NCBI GenBank assembly: GCA_964270895.1
Contig: OZ185435.1
DNA: 64,000 nt
Reading direction: 5' to 3' (one strand)
Source of the DNA: Podarcis filfolensis
Lineage: Eukaryota
Positions 61,301 through 64,000 of this stretch are shown piece after piece. Position 1 is the first letter of the stretch, and the number at the start of each line of letters is the position of its first letter. The notes under the pieces were generated by a model. The model had not been told where the DNA came from. It saw only the letters and a list, made by a program, of their open reading frames with translations, and searched no databases. Position numbers and translations under genes: made by a program.

Positions 61301-62934
61301 AACCTTGGCATGACTACTAAGTGTGCTCTGTGTTTTTTACACAAAAGAACAACAGGAGTAGTCTGTCACCTGGACTTCTCTAGCTGAGCACCTTCGACTG
61401 CAGCACAAAAACAGCTCACCTTGCTTTGCTTACAAAACACAACAGGTGGATGACCCAGAAGAAAATGAGGAGAGATGCAAAGAAGATATCAACACTGCCA
61501 ATATGTGTTGTCATATACAAAGCATTTCCCCATGCGATCAAGATCAGAGGTGGGGCAGAAGATAGATGGGCATCCACCCCTTGATATTTGGGACACCAAG
61601 GATTTCTGATTCCCAACTGTTCAACAATAGCAACACCAACAACAACAGCTTTCCCTACCTCCTCCTAAATCAGGCTGCTGAGATAGCTTGGGAGCTGGGG
61701 ACAATCAGTTCTGAAAGAAAAAAAAAAGGAATTATTTAATCATGCACATCACAGCAACTGCTACCTACAAATTCCTGGGCTGAAGCAATCCCAAAAGGCA
61801 AGGGAGCAGCTAAGCAAGAGATATGTATGGAGTTTCTTTCCCACCTATCAACTTGACAAGCTGGAGGCATCAGCATAATGGAAAGTGAACTTTTTTCCTT
61901 TTTTTTTAAAGGGTATTTGGCTTCTCATTGGTTGTGCTTATTTTCCAAACAAAAATATTAATTGGGTACTGCTTCCAATGTCAGTTAGCAAGTCACTGCT
62001 AGCTTGCACAGCCTCAGCGGGCAGATAAGGATTCATTTTCTTCCCCCTTCATTGCACAAACACTTCTACATTCTGCCTCACCCACCAACCCATCACTGCC
62101 ATAGGTGACTTAGAAAGTGTGAACCCAAAGTCAAAGCATTTCTTTGTTAAAAAACCAACCTAGTACAGAAATTCACCCTAACATACCCAGTCACACAAAC
62201 CGTTTCTGTAAAACCTTGGACCCTGCACATTTTCCTGATAATTGAGTTGTCATGATTGTTATATGAATTATGTTACTGTTCAAACCCAATTTATCTAGCA
62301 GAGTTGAGCCTCACACCTCAGTCGGTGAGATCACTGCCTAACACTTGCAGTGGCACCTTCAGGCAGCATCACATCAGGCAACCATTAAATACCGTAATAT
62401 TCCCACTAGCGTCTGTCCTCTCTTGTAGTACCACTCTGGTTGTTCTCCCTTAAAAAGGTGCCCTGCAGTTGCATACCAGGACATGAGGACAACATGAGCA
62501 ACATAGTTTGCACATCATGGTAAGTCAAACCATGGCTGATGAGGACCACACAAATATGCTTATTCCCAGAGCGGAGCTCACATCTGCTTTGCACCTTTGA
62601 GCTCATGGAAGCATGGCAGCTAAAGCAAGCCTTGGACTTAGTGTGTCATCTGAACCCAAGATTGTGATTAAACTTTCTCCTCCTTAACCACAATCAACAA
62701 CCAAGAAAAAAGCTTGGCTACACACCACAGTTAAAGAGGGAAAAGCTCAGCCACAATCTCCAGTTCAGATAACTGTGCTAAGCCAAGGCTTGTCTTAGCA
62801 GCTGTGCTGCACCACCTAAAAAGACTGGGGAGGAGCAAAGCAGGTGTGATCTCCCCAGGAGCCAATATGTGCAAACATGGCCACTGAGACAACCCAACCT
62901 GAAGGGAGGGACAAGTGAGCTAATGTGGGAATTC

Positions 62935-63060
62935 TATCATTTATTTCAATAAACGTACCTTTTGGGGCAAAGCAACACAAAAGGTGGCTTACATTTCATT
63001 AAAAAAATAAAGAATGCTACAAAACTAGACTATTTACATTACAGAGGTACAAAATTATTT
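62935..63060 (-). mobile_element. L2-like 3' tail
   Basis: catttatttcaataaacgtacc...aaggtggcttaca pattern. Confidence 0.4.
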
Positions 63061-63099
63061 CAAACAGGCAAGCCCAAAATAAACAGAAATACATGGACT

Positions 63100-63640
63100 G
63101 GTGGTATCTCCACAGTAAAGCATTTGCTTTGAATGCAGAAGGTCCCTTGTTCAGCCCTGGGGCTGCCAGCTTGGTGCTGACCCATGACACTGCCTTGTTC
63201 ATAGGTGCTTCTCCAGCTGTGGAATGCCCTCGCTAGCGAGGTGCACCTGTCGCCACCATTAATAACTTCTAGGAGGAATTTGAAAATGTTCCGGTTTACC
63301 CAGGCATTTGGTGGTTGAAGAATATTGTTCCTGGCAAGCACAAGAACACTGGCTGGAATAGTGCTTTGAACTGTACCTGCTTTTAGAATGCTTTTAACTG
63401 TAATTGCTTCCAGAATGGTTTAACTGTGTTTGTGTGTGTGTGTTTTAAGAAGTGTGGACCTCTTTGCTGCACTAGGCTCTTTCAGGAGGTAGGGCAGGAT
63501 ACACTGTAAATTGAACAAATAGCAATAAAATCCCTGATACCTCTAGGTTGGGCAGAGAAGACTCCCGCCCGAAATCCTGGAGAGCTGCTACCAGTAAGTG
63601 AACCAATGATCTGATTCAATATAAGGCACCGTTTCCTGTG
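63100..63640 (+). mobile_element. tRNA-SINE head and tail flanking an L2 3' fragment (~63200-63526)
   Basis: Head gcatttgctttgaatgcagaaggtccc; L2 text ctgtggaatgccctcgct..gaggtgcacctg; SINE body gaaatcctggagagctgctaccagt. Confidence 0.55.
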
Positions 63641-64000
63641 CTAAAAAGCCAAATTTAGATTTTTGGAGGCCATGGACAACTACACCTCCTTAATTTGCTT
63701 TTTGGTTTCCCCACCTCTGTTAAAAACAGCAATACGTAGGGTGTTGCTGAGTTACAGCTTTAATTTTGGGGGGTATGACTGTTCTTTTCATCTTTTGTTG
63801 TTTTTAGCTGCTGTTTTGGAAGGGCATTTGCCTAGGAATTTTAAAAATCCTTTTCTTTCTGTGGAAGCCAGAGTGAAACAACACCCCCCCCCCCATATAT
63901 ACATACATATTTGCCTGCTGATGAACAAGCACAGGCCCTAGCTTGACTAAGAGAATCCGAGCATCTCCCTGGGGCCATGAGCACCACCCAGTCAGCCACA

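Noticed and set aside
58400-64000. Expected next gene (PKP3 in human synteny)
   Set aside because: No matching exon, CpG island or promoter seen; treated as intergenic.

Overview
Vertebrate genomic DNA. The repeat content (Sauria SINEs, a Bov-B tail, squamate-type CR1/L2 ends) points to a squamate, probably a lacertid lizard (inference). The window holds most of one + strand gene, B4GALNT4 (beta-1,4-N-acetylgalactosaminyltransferase 4, LacdiNAc synthase). I mapped 18 coding exons by hand, from 7248 to the TAA at 56618-56620. All introns are GT-AG, all phases are compatible, and the exons sum to 3285 nt (1094 aa + stop). They correspond to human exons ~3-20; exons 1-2 (TM anchor) are not in the window. 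A likely poly(A) signal lies at 58356. The rest is intron or intergenic DNA with hAT MITEs, a solo LTR, SINEs, LINE remnants and microsatellites. I found no second gene, RNA gene or CRISPR array, and no clear evidence of a new biological system. The best leads are an in-frame alternative 3' splice site in a PA14-domain exon, a hAT MITE carrying telomere-like G-rich repeats, an antisense solo LTR beside exon 9, a strong CTCF motif and an enlarged stem exon. Family names and human comparisons come from recalled knowledge, not database searches.
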